Source of the DNA: Octopus bimaculoides
Lineage: Eukaryota
DNA: 64,000 nucleotides
Reading direction: 5' to 3'
NCBI RefSeq assembly: GCF_001194135.2
Contig: NC_068983.1
Location: forward strand, 113,952,705 to 114,016,704
Part shown: piece after piece, positions 13,780 through 27,062 of the stretch
Layout of the letters: the number at the start of each line of letters is the position of its first letter
Numbering within the stretch: position 1 is the stretch's first letter
Notes under the pieces: generated by a model
What the model was told of the DNA's origin: nothing
Databases searched by the model: none
What the model saw: only the letters and a program-made list of their open reading frames with translations
Translations under genes and position numbers: made by a program

Positions 13780-14400
13780 TGGAAGTAGCACCCTTCTGAT
13801 GGCCTTTGGTAAGCTTTGTTGAGGGTAGCAATTGGTCATAACTGAAGTGTTTAAAGGCTGTGAAGAGAACTGAGGGTTTTAATTGTATGGTGTCCCAAAC
13901 GAGAACTTGAAGTACATGATTATTTCCTTGATATGAACAGTGATTGTGCTTTTGTTCTGTTTAAGGATACTGGATTGTCATGACTCCTCTGAAGTATTAT
14001 TTTCAAGGTTTCCATTCTGAGGGTAATGCAAGTTTGGCATTTGGTGTCTAGGTTGCTTATGGATAACACGTGTGCATAAGGTGGATAAAGAATGAAAAGT
14101 TGTATCTCCTGCATAAAAGTCAGTGTTGCTTGGTGACAACATGAAAGTTATTAATGTACAGAAGACCTTGGGTCACACTAAAGTTGATAGTGGATCAGAA
14201 TCTCATCAGTGCACACTGTGATGGTGCAATCTGACTGGAAGGTTCCATTTTAGTTGTTTAATGACAGTTTAGTGTTTTGCAAGTGTCAGAGGCAACAAAT
14301 GTCTTCAACCAAAGTTCTCATGATAAGGGGTCACTGATGTATCACTAGTGGATCAGGTTTTGTTGAATGAAAAGGATGCAGTTAGAAGCAAAAGAAATAG
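13780..14400 (-). mobile_element. Degenerate CR1/Jockey-group reverse transcriptase fragment
   Basis: Minus strand remnants SVTQG, FYAGDTT (YADD-like), NPVSLNRTKAQSLFISRK. Confidence 0.5.
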
Positions 14401-16974
14401 CAAATATGGCAACTTTGTCTACAGGATATTACTTACAGATATTAAGAAATAATATTCTTACTATAAGAATCCTGTATCTTAAGAAATTATAAACTTGTCT
14501 CTTAAACTTTGAAAAGGTTTTAAAAACTGGGTTGCTTTGCTTCTATTTATGATTTAGATGCTGAATTACAAACTCATCAGTTTTAATTTCAAACCTTGCT
14601 AGAAATTGTTACTGTTGAGCTTTTGCTCAGATTTAATTGAGAAACATGTTGGTAGTTCTTTGTTCTAGATAAGTCATACATCCACTTAATAGAGACCTAA
14701 ACCATGCATTGAAACATGTAGTGGTTTGTCATAGTGTTGTGTCAGTGAAGCTATATTTTTGTTTTTATTGTTCAGTCTCTCTTTGTATGCCAGTAGTTCT
14801 GGCCATAATCATAGCAAGGACATGCAAGGTGAACTCAGTCAGAAAACGGCAGTTGTTCTTCTACACTTTGGACTCAACATCTTATAAGTGTGTGACTCTG
14901 ATGATGTTAGTGATGCAATCCTGTGTGTGTGTGCATGTGTTTTATATTTGTTTTCATTGATAGAAAGAGATTGAAAATGTTTTGGGAATGGTGTTGTAAT
15001 GTTCCATAGTGTGTACATGTTTATAGGTGTTTAGAAGTGATAGACTTTGTGTAGCAGTGGTAGACTCTGTAAGGGTTACAGTTTGCTACAGCAACAAAAT
15101 AGGCTCCCATGAATATCCTGGTGGCCCCAACATTTTTTGTTTCATTGTGTAGGTTGCTGTTAATGTTGTCTGTGTGTAATCTGTAATTTGCTAATAGCAT
15201 TTGTTGCTTTGCCTCAAGTCAGCTTTAGTTGAGTAGACCTATGTTCAAAGGCATTCCAGCTCTGAGTGAATAGACTTAGGATCAAATCACACCCCATGAT
15301 TTTTAGCTAGTGTATCTGGAGGTACATTATCCCACATGTCTTTTCTCTTTTTTAATACAGTAGGGTGTTATTTGAGGGTGATTTGGGTGCTATCTTTAAA
15401 AAGTTGAACAACTGTGTAATATTAGTTTGAATAGTTGGTGTTGTTGAAGCCCAATTTAGCCCATGGTCAAGCAGATCTATTGTCAAAGGTTTTCAACTCA
15501 GACATTTCTGGAGCTGGGAGGATGGATCATTTCCAGCATTTGTTACTAGTGTTGAGTTATGCTTAATATTAGCTGTCAGTCCCATTCACAGTTAAGTCAG
15601 ATGCCTAAAATTATGGCCTACAATTTTTAACCATTCAGTGCATACCCACAAGAAAAAGCAAAAAACAAAAAAAAAAACTTTTTGGAATATTTCAATGAGA
15701 TTAATATTTTAGGAAGTAGCTATTTCCCATATTACATATTTTTATCTACTTCACAGCTAGTCATAGTTAATATATTGTTGGAGTTAAACAATTGGTTCTA
15801 TTTTATCTGCTTCACTCCTAGTCATGACTTGATTGGAAGACAGTGAGTGGTTTAAACCTAATCTCAATGTCCTGCTTACTAAGCAAAACATTTAATAAGA
15901 CTGTTGATCAGCATATTACTTTCAATATGACAGCTGACCAGTTGTTTTGACATTAGAATCACTTTACTTATCAATGACACCATTAGAGGTGGAGGCGGTG
16001 TTAGTGGAAGAACAAGGTGACTCATAGTTGTCTATCTCATTGTTATTCATAGCACACTCTATACTTTATATAGTCTCATATATCTGTTTGTAATGTCTTT
16101 TACCTTTCTGTCCAGCAGGCAAATAGGATCGTTATTACTTTCATCATCATCAGCTTATATATATATCTTCATTGTCCTTAAATGGTATTTGTAAAATTAT
16201 GTCACACAATTTTAAATTAACAGTAGAGGTCACTAAATTATTAAACAATGTTTGTTTTATGTGTTTGGCTCACTGGTTATTTCTTCCTCTCGTATATGTC
16301 ACTACACACATATATGCATGTACGTAATCAAATTACCCTGACCTGCATTATTACAGTAATTTTCAGATGTGTTAATTACTTTTGTTGGATGGTATCTCAA
16401 CTACTTTTAGTTTCCCCCTCTCTGTTTTATCATCATTTGCCATTTGTATTTATCTACTTCATAGATTATCTTTTATCTTCTACTTATTTCAGTCATTGGG
16501 CTGTGGCCATGCTGGGGTACCACCTTGAAGGATTTAAGTTGAATGACTCAGCCTCTGTACTTATTATTATTATGTAATTTTATTTATTTATTTTTTGTAA
16601 TCCCTTGTACTTATTCTATTGATCTCTTTTGCTGAACCTATCAGTTACAGGGACACAAAGCAACACTAGTTGTCAGGTGGTAGTGGTGGGGACACAAACA
16701 AATATACCTATACATGTGTATGTTTGTGTGAGTATATTTATATAATTGTTAAAAATACGTTCGTGTCTACTTCTAGATATTTACACTATTATGACTATAA
16801 CCTACATAGATTTACGCAGGATTGCACCTAAAGACTTATGGACTAACATCTACATGATTGGAAAGTTTAACTGTGAACTTTTATACTTTTTTCTCTTTCT
16901 TAATCTCATTCCTTTTCTCTTGTCCTCTGTGTTGTAATTTCAATTAATCTATACCCTTCTCATTTTCCCTATTT

Positions 16975-17030
16975 GTCTCCGATGACAGAATATTCTAAAC
17001 TATGGGATATCCCAGAAACAACTGTAAGAC
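16975..17030 (+). ncRNA. Hammerhead-like motif, second family (CCGAUGA core)
   Basis: GUCU-CCGAUGA-stem II-GAAAC-AACU-GUA-AGAC; stem I GUCU/AGAC. Confidence 0.5.
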
Positions 17031-17605
17031 TTTGAATTTTTCCAATAATAATAATGTATATGACTTGAGATGTTTGTCTTGCCTTAACATTTGTTGTCCT
17101 CTTTAACAATTATATATCTGCTATATCCGAAATCTACAATGATTCCATAACTCCTAATGATTTTTATTACTTTTATTCCTACCTCAGTTCATCTAATTGT
17201 ATATTTGTATATATCTATCGTTACTTTTCATAAAAGGCCTTTACTTTCTTTGATTTCCAATATGCAATTTTGCTTATTTTTCTTCTTACTTCTTTCCCCT
17301 TACATTTCCACATGTAGTTTCTATTTTCTTTTGGTAACATATTTCTATTAGATAGATATACTAGCAATGCATCCCAGCATTGGCCGGATGTTCTGACCTA
17401 CAGTCACTTTGTATTATTTGTTCCTTTCTTATGGGCAGAATCAGCACAGCTGATATATAGTGAACTGGATTACTGGTGTAATGGAAGTTATTGTTTGTTT
17501 AGAAATGAATTGGGCAAGGGTACAATTTGCATGGGTTTGAATGAAAGTGCTTTTTGTTCTTAAGAAGGATCACAAACTATGTATTGTTTCATCGTATAAA
17601 AGGGG

Positions 17606-18544
17606 TTAATACAATTTTGCCCAGAAATCACATTTTAAAAATTTTAATTTTCCCCTGTCCCCACTGAAATTTCTTAATTTGTAACATTTTTTCGAATTTT
17701 TGTTTTATCGACCTAGAAAAATACAGATTACGAATCTGGGAAATTACTTAACAATGCCCTTTCCCTCACCTTGCCCACCCATCACTTACCTGCTTTCAAA
17801 AAGTTAAAACCTCCCAATGTTTCACACATGCATAGAATTGTACTGAAATACCAGACGACCACCAGTAAACCTGATATGTTAGAAACAACAGGTAAATGAC
17901 ATTATTTCTGAAGAAACTTCCCCAATTTCCAAGAAGATTAAAGTGAAACATTGGGAGTTTGTAGCTTTTTGAAAGTGATGGGTAGATGTTTGGGAAGATT
18001 TTAGTGTTTCCTTTTAAAAAAAAAGGAAGAAGAAAATTCTTAAAGATTCGTNNNNNNNNNNNNNNNNNNNNNNNNNNNNNNNNNNNNNNNNNNNNNNNNN
18101 NNNNNNNNNNNNNNNNNNNNNNNNNNNNNNNNNNNNNNNNNNNNNNNNNNNNNNNNNNNNNNNNNNNNNNNNNNNNNNNNNNNNNNNNNNNNNNNNNNNN
18201 NNNNNNNNNNNNNNNNNNNNNNNNNNNNNNNNNNNNNNNNNNNNNNNNNNNNNNNNNNNNNNNNNNNNNNNNNNNNNNNNNNNNNNNNNNNNNNNNNNNN
18301 NNNNNNNNNNNNNNNNNNNNNNNNNNNNNNNNNNNNNNNNNNNNNNNNNNNNNNNNNNNNNNNNNNNNNNNTTTTTAAATATTAAGAATGTGTTTTTTTT
18401 TAGTGAAATCCAAATCTCTTGTATAGAAAACATAGGAATTGGAAGAAATTCAGGAAAAAAATAAGTAGTGGGGCACAAATGTCACCTCGGACATGCTAGA
18501 AACAACAGGTAAAGGACAGGATTTCTGGGAAAAGTTTATATTAA
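17606..18544. mobile_element. Probable non-autonomous DNA element with TIRs and an internal foldback; spans a gap
   Basis: TTAATACAATTTTGCCCAGAAATC and GATTTCTGGGAAAAGTTTATATTAA are imperfectly inverted; internal inverted repeat 17778-17825 / 17943-17982. Confidence 0.5.
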
Positions 18545-19066
18545 AGATCAGATTTTTAAATATGCTCATCACAAACACAAATTACAGAATAGAAAAAGGT
18601 CATTTCAATTGGATTTGAGCTGTAATTTTGCGTGTGCACACAGCAAGAAATAACATAATTTATACAGAAGTTTTACCTAGAGTGTGTGTATGCCAAAGGA
18701 AGTTATTTTATGGCATTCTTTCATTTGAAGCAGCAGTGTTGTCAACTTGATTATAGAAGATCATATAACTGTTCATTAATTTCCGTAAAAAAATTTTTTC
18801 TTTCTTTATGCTTTGAAGAGAGCAGGAATTGAAAGAGAGGAGGAAGTGAAAAGGAAACATTTGCTTTGAAGTGAGATCAGAAAGTGAAAGATGTATGTAC
18901 GTGTATATGAAATGGATGTGTGTGTGTGTGTGAGAGTGAGTGAGTGAAGGTTTGTGATGTATGTGTTTTTTTTTGCATGTATGTGTAAGTGGCACTCACT
19001 CGCTCTCTCTCCCTATCTATCTTTCATATACATGTACATAAATACATATGCATACATCTATTTTAT

Positions 19067-19963
19067 ACTGGGAGAAAAACAAAATTAACTGAAGTGGGTG
19101 TCAGGAGAGAAAATATTGACTTTCATAAAGTCAAAAAGATAAATGGAAAAGAAACAGTTTGCAGACTGTGTTCGCTGCTAAAAAGAAAAACTACAAAAGG
19201 GTATCTGATTGAGACTTCGTATATGTGTTTCTTTTGCAAAGTGCCTTTGTGTAAAAGATGCTTTGGGCAGTTTCATGACAGAAATATGTCATAACTATAT
19301 TATTTTATCATATATTCTTTTTCATTTTATTATAAATAATATGTGAAAGTGAGAAATAAATATTAATTTTCAGTATGTTACACACCTGTATTCACCTTTG
19401 TCTCGCCTGTTAATGAGATTTTTTTTATTAGATGCATCCTGTTACCTAAATGAATTCATTAAATTGTATAAAAGTACATAGTCAATGGTGTATTGACTAG
19501 TAAAAGAGTTTTGTACTTTATTTTCAATGAAATATAGAGAAAGAATAAAATCTTGTACTAATTACACCTGTATTTCAATTAATTCAAATTAATGTACCTC
19601 ATCTTGAAAAATGTAAAATTGTTGGCAGTTGACATCTGGGATAATTTTAGTTACAAATGAAACAAGTAAGATGTATTAAGAATATGAATTTTAGTGTTTA
19701 TTCATAATGTTATTGTTTTTAGACCTGTTAATTAAATTTTCCTGCCCATAAAAGTCAAATTCAATCAGAAAGATTAGCTAAAATTATATAACTATAAACC
19801 ACTGGCATATAAGCACCCATTTACAAAATTTCAAATCTGTATGTAGAAAATTAACAAGTTGCAAGCAAATATTGTGGAAACCACTTAAACTTGAATAAAT
19901 CAAAATTAATGTGAACAGATAAGCATTACATTTGACAAATTAATCTGAACACTAAAGGGTTAA
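19067..19963 (+). mobile_element. piggyBac-type 3' remnant: transposase C-terminal Cys-rich domain plus right terminus
   Basis: CRLC-x18-CFFC-x4-CKRCFGQFH then stop at 19294; ends ...CTGAACACTAAAGGG|TTAA at 19959/19960-63. Confidence 0.72.
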
Positions 19964-20989
19964 AGCTTCTGTGGACTCCTGTTTTACAGCTATGTAAATC
20001 AAATCAAAGAAGAATAAAGTATTTTGCTGAGGACCACACTGAAATGCTAGTGATGCATTTGAATTGAGGATCCATGAGAAGATAGTCCCAAAATTTACCA
20101 GTTTGAACTGTTGCCTCTATCAGTGGAAATCTAGATATAACAGTACTTTACTAGACAAAATACCAATCAGTCACTTATTGAAAATCTGATTTTTTGAAAT
20201 GTAAACAAGCTAGAAAGAGAAGTTACTCATCAGACTAGAAGTAATATCGATTATGCTTAATGTACGGAGGTCATGCTCTGTATCTATCTTAATTAATTGG
20301 TCTGGATGGCTTTAACATTGTTGAGCCATTGCAGCAATGTTAAGTCATAAGATAATATTGGAGAGAGAGAGAGACAGACAGATTATCATTAATATTATCA
20401 AACATTGACAAATGGCATACACATGAGATAGAGCCCCCACTACTGAACTTAGGCACAAATTTCACTGATTTGTTTTCTTTCATAATCAATAAATCACATT
20501 TAATCTGTTGAAATAATTAACCATAGAAATGCTTCTTTGCCAAGAATAATTATTGCTTCTTAAATACTAAAATACACATTTTCAAAATGATACTGAGTTT
20601 AAAGGAAGCCCTAATATATGTAGCACTGTCTGTTGCTGATTCAATCAAGTTCCCTCTTGAGAGTAAAGGGGTATATTGTTACTCATTATCATATGTTAAC
20701 TTAATTGTAATAACCTTGATAGTTTAAATGATGACGATGTTATAATAAAAGGCCACAAATTTGGAGAGATGAGTGTAGTTAGTTAAATTAATCCCATGTG
20801 CTGGACTGGTACTTATTTTATCAATGCCAGAAAAATGAAAACCAAAGTTGATCTTAATGAGATTCAGATTCCAAATATCCTTATTCATCTCTCCATATAG
20901 AAGATAACTATGACATCACTATTGGATTGGTTGGAGCATGATTACATATCAATATGTAGGCAGCCCAAAACGTTCTCAGTATCCTCAAC

Positions 20990-21700
20990 TCTTACTTCTA
21001 GCTTGCTCAGAAGTTACACTGCAATATGAGGTTGTGCTGGATAAATATCTCAAAAGCAAGATTCTCCCAGCATTCTGGATTGACCTTGAAGTCTTTTAGG
21101 GAGACCAAGAATATTCTACACACCAAGTGAATGTTTCCTCACTTACCAAAACAAAAAATGTTTCAGCAGTTCTGGCATTGTAGTCAGGCAGTACATGCTT
21201 CACAATTGAGAAACCTGTGTTTGAGATGTTGTCCTGCCAATTAATGTACAGCATTCTGTGAAAGCAGTTCGGTTGGAATCTTAAGCTCATTCTGTCTAAT
21301 ACAGCTGAATTTACCAAACCATTACTCTCCATAACAATAATTTTCATCCCCAGCACTGAGAGTCTATATTGTTTAGAGCATGGAGTCAATGAAGACTATC
21401 TTCTCTTTAACAAATGATCAAAGATATTTCATAAATGTGTTTTCTTTCATTTTCCCCTTAACTGTCACAAATATAGGTAAGAGTATCAATGTCACTCATG
21501 GAGGGAATTGTATTTTTATGAAATTATAACAGCCAAGCCAACAACAAGGTGAAAGATATCCACAGAAGTTCAAATTGTCGACCACAAGTTTCTCTCTCCA
21601 TGTAAAGAGCAAACTGTATGAGGCAAAGATTGCTTATCTTAAACAGCTCAATGTTATATGATCACATAACAGGAATGAAAGCAGAAGATCTGTAAAAAAT
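20990..21700 (-). mobile_element. Degenerate RTE-like LINE ORF2 3' fragment
   Basis: LRFQPNCFHRMLYINWQDNISNT...KHVL...ARTAET...LKDFKVNPECWENLA resembles the RTE C-terminus. Confidence 0.55.
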
Positions 21701-21899
21701 GAAGAGCAGCAAACTGAGTTTATTGTAGAATAATTGACAAGAATAGCTGAGTACAAGTGAATTGAAAAAGTAGTTTGGCTTTAAGAGTTAGTGCATATAT
21801 GACAAAGCAGACAATTATGCTAGTAGGGATACATAACGCAAATGGACAGGTATTAATGGGAGTGGGAAGATAAATAAATAAAATATTAAGTATTTTAAG

Positions 21900-22294
21900 G
21901 AAACAGTTGAAGGTCACTTTTGGGCAATATTTCAATTTGCTCCTAATGTTTCACTTTCATCCGATGTTTCATACATGTATAGAATTCTACTCTGACAGCG
22001 CAACTAGAAAACCGCTGCAAAGTAGCACAAAACAACCAATAATTCAAACAGTAATAAACAAACTTCAGCTCACCAGAATGTTGAACAAACATTGTAAAAA
22101 AACCATGTGGTCTAAACAATTTCACAGCATTTATACTTGAATAAAGGCGGGAAAGGCTTCATCTCACATTATCTCAAAGCTACGAGAATCCAATAACGTG
22201 ATTTGTTTATGTTTTTAGTGATACGGCCGGATTTGGCCGGTTTGAACAAATAAAGGGGAATTAATTTTGGCTGGTTTGAACATTAAAGGGTTAA
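21900..22294 (-). mobile_element. piggyBac-type terminus, probably a 5' end
   Basis: TTAA|CCCTTTAATGTTCAAACCAGCC...AAACCGGCCAAATCCGGCC on the minus strand, same as one end of the 47133 and 56537 MITEs. Confidence 0.55.
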
Positions 22295-22654
22295 GGAGTT
22301 CCACAAGTAAAAGATTGTAATTTGTGGGTCCATCTATAAATTTTATGTACTAGGAGAGGTACCTGGGTTTATTGAAATTTTCAAGATTTGTATTTGGAAT
22401 TTATGATATGAATATAACGAAATTGTTTCATTGCTAGTTTTTACTAACCTACAAACAAATATTTTATTTCAAAAATTTACATGTGCATTTATGGGGTCCA
22501 CAGATAATAAGATAGCTCTCAGGGGATCCACAAACAAAATAAGGTTGGGAACCCCTGTACTAGACCATCTGTAAATGTTACCTGTGAATAGACTGGAATC
22601 CTATGTGGTGAGAAGATTTGCTCAGCCACTAAATATCACCAAACTCAACAAAAG

Positions 22655-23085
22655 CTAGTGTCTGTGTGGTAAGATGTTTACTTCCCAACCACATGGTTCC
22701 AGGTTCAGTCCCGCTATATGACAACTCAGGCAAGTGTCTTCCACTATAGTTTCAGGTCAGCAAAAGCCTTATGAGTGAATTTGGTTGACAGAAACTAAAA
22801 GAAGCCCATTGTGTGTGTGTGTGTGTGTATTGGTTTCTTTTGCCAAACCGCTAAGTTATGGACCATGTAAACAAACTAGCACTGGTTGTCAAACAGTGAT
22901 GGGACATACACACACACACACACACATACATGACAGGCTTCTTTCAGTATCCCTCTACTAAATCCATTCACAAGGCTTTGGTCAGCCTGAGGCTATTGTA
23001 GAAGACACTTGCTTAAGATGCCATGCAATGGGACTGAACCCGTAACCATGTGGTTGGAGAGCAAGCATCTTACCACACAGTCATG
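22655..23085. mobile_element. Two SINE family A copies: + head (22655-22830) abutting a - copy (22838-23085)
   Basis: Family A motifs in both orientations. Confidence 0.75.
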
Positions 23086-23477
23086 CTTATGTCTAAATTC
23101 AGAATGCATAATGTTAAGAAGAATATAACAGAAGGAATGCAGAATAGCGTACTAGTCTTTAAAATGTTCATCTAGTGTTGGTCCTTTGAACCAAAGAAAG
23201 AAATCTATAAGTTTTGCTAGAAATAGATACCAAATCTTCCTAAAATTTCAATGTGCTGTTTTAAAAATGGAAAAAATACATTGAGTAATGTAGTTCTTGA
23301 TACGTTGCGTTGTCTCTAGGGAGAAAAAGAAAAGGAAGAGAGAAACTGGTTCATGTCATACATTTGACAAATCCGGACTGACTTTGTGTTAAATAAGTTG
23401 TAGTTCCTGTTTCTTAAAACTAATTTCTTTGTTGAAACCGTCTCTTACTTGTAAGTTCTTTCTTCTGTGTCTATTCT

Positions 23478-23840
23478 GTGGTTCTGGGTTCAGTCCTACT
23501 GTGTGGCACTTTGGGCAAGTGTCTTCTACTATAGCCTCAGGCTGACCAAAGCCTTGTGAGCGGATTTAGTAGACAGAAACTGAAAGAAGCCCTTTGTGTG
23601 TGTATGTGTGTGTTTGTGTCTATGTTTATCCCCCCATCACTGGGGTGACCAGTGTTGGTGTGTTTACGTCCCTGTAACATAGCGGTTTAGCAAAGGAGAC
23701 CAATAGAATAAGTGCCAGGCTTAACGAGAATTAAGTACTGAGGTTGATTCATTTGACTAAAAATTATTGTTCAAGGCAGTGCACCAGCATGGCTGCAGTC
23801 TAATGATTGAAACAAGCATAAGATAAAAGATAATAAAATA
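23478..23840 (+). mobile_element. SINE family A
   Basis: GGTTCAGTCC B-box, body and tail motifs. Confidence 0.8.
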
Positions 23841-23849
23841 AAATTATGT

Positions 23850-24460
23850 TCATCTTACAAAACTAGATCTAACTTCATTTAACCAATATCATTAGAAAAG
23901 ATAAATCCACTGACAGTTTTCAGAGATCTAATTTCAGCCGACCTTCTTACATCATTTTCACCAACTTCAGAGGACCTGAACTTTCCACGCAGCTTTGGTA
24001 TTAGCTGTTAGCCTATTTCAAGGAAGAGAATATTTGTAAGATGTCTTGGTAGACATTCAACATCATATTTCTGTTCTCCTCTTTGTTAAATACTCAAGGA
24101 AACACCATGACCTTCTTTCAACTCATGAACGATGCATAACTAAAAACAAAGAAAACATTCACAGTATCTACAAATATTAGCCTTTGTGACAACCACAAAT
24201 GTATTTATAAACTTGTCCTTAATTCCTTCCTTAAGATCTAAGGCTTCTCTTTTCAAAAGCATAGGATAATATTACATACACATCTGGGATGGTGCATTAC
24301 TATATCCTCTGTTTCTTCTACCACAGTTATTGCACTACTCCACTGAAGTAGTAAGTCAATGCACATTCCATCTGTTTCATTACTGAGTTTCACTTCTGAA
24401 ACCCTATGTGACACCATTTCCTCTTGGGACAAAACTAGCAGCAATTAGTTTATAGCTTAC
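23850..24460 (-). mobile_element. Highly decayed hAT-type transposase fragment (tentative)
   Basis: Remnants NETDGMC, IVMHH...LCF, KLSVDLSFLMIL in the order expected for the TDGA / HC.IH / DLAFL motifs. Confidence 0.4.
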
Positions 24461-24704
24461 AAAACTAGCAGAAAGACTGCTCTCTTGGGGACACATAAAT
24501 GACTGGCCTCTTTCAGCTTCTGTCTACCAAATCCACAAAAAAGGCTTTGGTTTGTCCAAGGTGTCATGTAGTGGGACTGAATCTGGAACCATGTGGCTGG
24601 GAAGCAAATTTCTTAGTGCACAGCTACACCTGTGCCTATTATATTGGAATTTGTGAGAATTTTTTTAGTGAAATTTTCTACAAATAACTTTCTGAAGGTT
24701 TACT

Positions 24705-24969
24705 TTTTACTTGTTTCAGTCATTTGACTGTGGCCATGCTGGAGCACCGCCTTTAATCAAGCAAATCAACCCCCAGGACTTATTCTTTCAGTTTCTGTCT
24801 ACCAAATCCACTCACAAGGCTTTGGTTGGCCCAAGGCTATAGTAGAAGACACTTGCCCAAGGTGCCATGCAGTGGTACTGAACCCAGAATCATGTGGTTG
24901 GTAAGCAAGCTACCTACCACACAGCCACTCCTGCGCCTAGCTACTTACCACACAGCCACTCCTGTGCCT
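24705..24969 (-). mobile_element. SINE family A with internal deletion and 31-bp tandem duplication of its head
   Basis: AGCTAC(C/T)TACCACACAGCCACTCCTG(C/T)GCCT twice (24908-24969); centre missing. Confidence 0.82.
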
Positions 24970-26563
24970 TTAGATAATGATTATATAGGAATTTAATGTG
25001 AAAAAAAATAATTGGGGAATTGGGATATCTCGTACATATCAACTTGTTTCCTCAATGTTTCGAAGATTGAATTACAGTTATGTTGAAAATAAAGATTATT
25101 TTTGAGACCCATGTGTTCCCTTCTATTTCTAGCCATACTAAACAACCATATAGGGGATAGACCACCTTCCAGACTATTTAAAAGAGAGAAATTAAGATTG
25201 CAGTAAAATACTGAAAGAAATATGTATTCAATAATTAATGTTTGCATTGTACACTGCTTTCTAGAAAGATTTCTTTCATAGAATTTCCAGGAAAGGGTGG
25301 AATAGTTCTCAAAAGTAATTTTTTTTTCAACATAATTGTTATGAAAACATCAAAATGTATCATCATCATCATCGTTTAACGTCCGCTTTCCATGCTAGCA
25401 TGGGTTGGACGATTTGACTGAGGACTGGTGAAACCGGATGGCAACACCAGGCTCCAATCTAATTTGGCAGAGGAGGAAAATAAATTTGAGATGCATGAAA
25501 TAAATATCCCCTCCTCATTTAGTTTTCACATTAAATTTTGATATAGTCTAGGTCATCAGAAAAGTTTTTGTAGAAAATTTCACTAAAAAATATCTACTTT
25601 CCTGAATGTTATGAAGAGACAAAATGTCCAGTTGACATAAGTAAATTAAAGCTAATTTTCTTATTCAGTTTTCTGTTTCTTCAACAACACCCAACAAATA
25701 TGAAAAAATACTGGAATCAACATAATTTGGTCGATGCTGAATTAAACTTATAATTTGTAGAAAGTAGTGTTGAAAATGTTAGGCGACATTTATTTCCAGA
25801 TGTATAAACAGATATTACAAAATACTGCCCCGCAGTAAAATGATATGACCCATTGTATAACATTTGTGATTGAAGCGTGTATTTGAAATATTCAGTAATA
25901 GAAGTTACAAGATCTGCATTTCGATAAGAATATATTAAAACTGGAATTTATAGAAATTTTCCAGACAGTCTAACCCTTAATGATTGCGTTTTTTTTTTTT
26001 TTTTTTTTGGAACAAAATTACATTTTTTTTTTTTAATTTCAAAAGTTAGGTGAAAAGAATTTTAAATAAATCATGAAATGTTAGTGTATAACCATGCACT
26101 AAAGGCATTTGACTCAAGATTATTCCATCTATTTCACTGGCTATAATTATCCAGTGTCTCTCTCTCCCCTCTATTTTTTCAAGGTGGTCAGTTATAATTT
26201 TAGTGAAATTTGATTGTTGCTGTTTCTGGCAAGTTGTGTAACCATATAAATACTCTTTTCTCAGTTCAGGTGGAGCTCTATTTATATAAACTATGGTCAA
26301 CAACAACAGTACATTTTACAGTTTAAATGAGAAGAAATTTGAAATTAAACATAAGCAACTTCTCTCTTTCAGAATTTACTACAATAAGCAAAACAAACTG
26401 TCTCAATATCTTCCTCCTCTGCTCCAACTTGTTTGTCTCTCTTTTATTTGTATGTTTGTTGTTCTTTACTCCTTCACTCTCTGCCTCTCTACTCTCTCTC
26501 TCTCTCCCCTTTTCTATATCCCTTGTTTTCTCTCTATTAACTCCATTTTACTTATTCCATCAG

Positions 26564-26631
26564 GACTGTGAGAATATGGTTGAAGCGAGACACTGGACAG
26601 TATTGGCCAAGTGTATGCCATTCTATGCCCT
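26564..26631 (+). CDS. WDFY2: WDFY2 exon (vertebrate exon 2 equivalent), (R)[22 protein letters not shown](S)
   Basis: Pyrimidine tract plus CAG acceptor at 26561-63; GTAAGT donor at 26632; 68 nt. Confidence 0.95.
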
Positions 26632-26804
26632 GTAAGTTACACATTCTTTCTTCTGTTTGCTTGTAATTATTTGTTTGGCTAAAGCCAGTCATATTCTCTC
26701 AGCTGTGATATGATTAATTGATCAACCAGTTATATGTCACTGGCTACAAACTGAGAAGTCATTATTGAGAGTTTGTTCAAAATTACCTTTGTTTGTCTAT
26801 CAGT

Positions 26805-27062
26805 TAGGTATGGCGTAGTGGTTAAGAGTGTGGACTACTAACCCCAAGATTCTGAGTTCAATTCCAGGCAGTGACCTGAATAATAATAAAAATAATAATA
26901 ATAATAAAAATAATAACAACATCATCAAAAAATACCTTAGGAATGAGAACCCGGGTTCGAAATTTCCCCAAAACACCTGATTTTGGCTGGAGGGTATATC
27001 AGCCGAAGCATGTGAACAACAAACAAGATGAGGACAAATATCCGTCAATTATAAATAATGTA
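26805..27062 (+). mobile_element. tRNA-headed SINE-like element (family H) with (TAA)n linker and decayed hammerhead tail
   Basis: A-box TGGCGTAGTGG 26811-21, B-box GAGTTCAATTCC 26854-65, GACCTGAA(TAA)n, then AGGAATGAGAACCC..TTCGAAATTTCC..ACACCTGA..GGCTGGAGGGTATATCAGCCGAA. Confidence 0.8.

Noticed and set aside
16975-16988. GTC TCC GAT GAC AG (VSDDR) resembling the end of WDFY exon 1
   Set aside because: No GT donor follows, the upstream frame is pyrimidine-rich with no homology, and the sequence is explained by the hammerhead-like motif.
17986-18478. Long ORFs spanning N-runs (also 59815-60308 and 62947-63388) and microsatellite ORFs (poly-CV, HT, YI)
   Set aside because: Artefacts of gaps and simple repeats.
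26805-26875. tRNA gene (and similar heads at 27525, 44370, 49815)
   Set aside because: A/B boxes are present but no complete cloverleaf or acceptor stem; they continue into SINE bodies.
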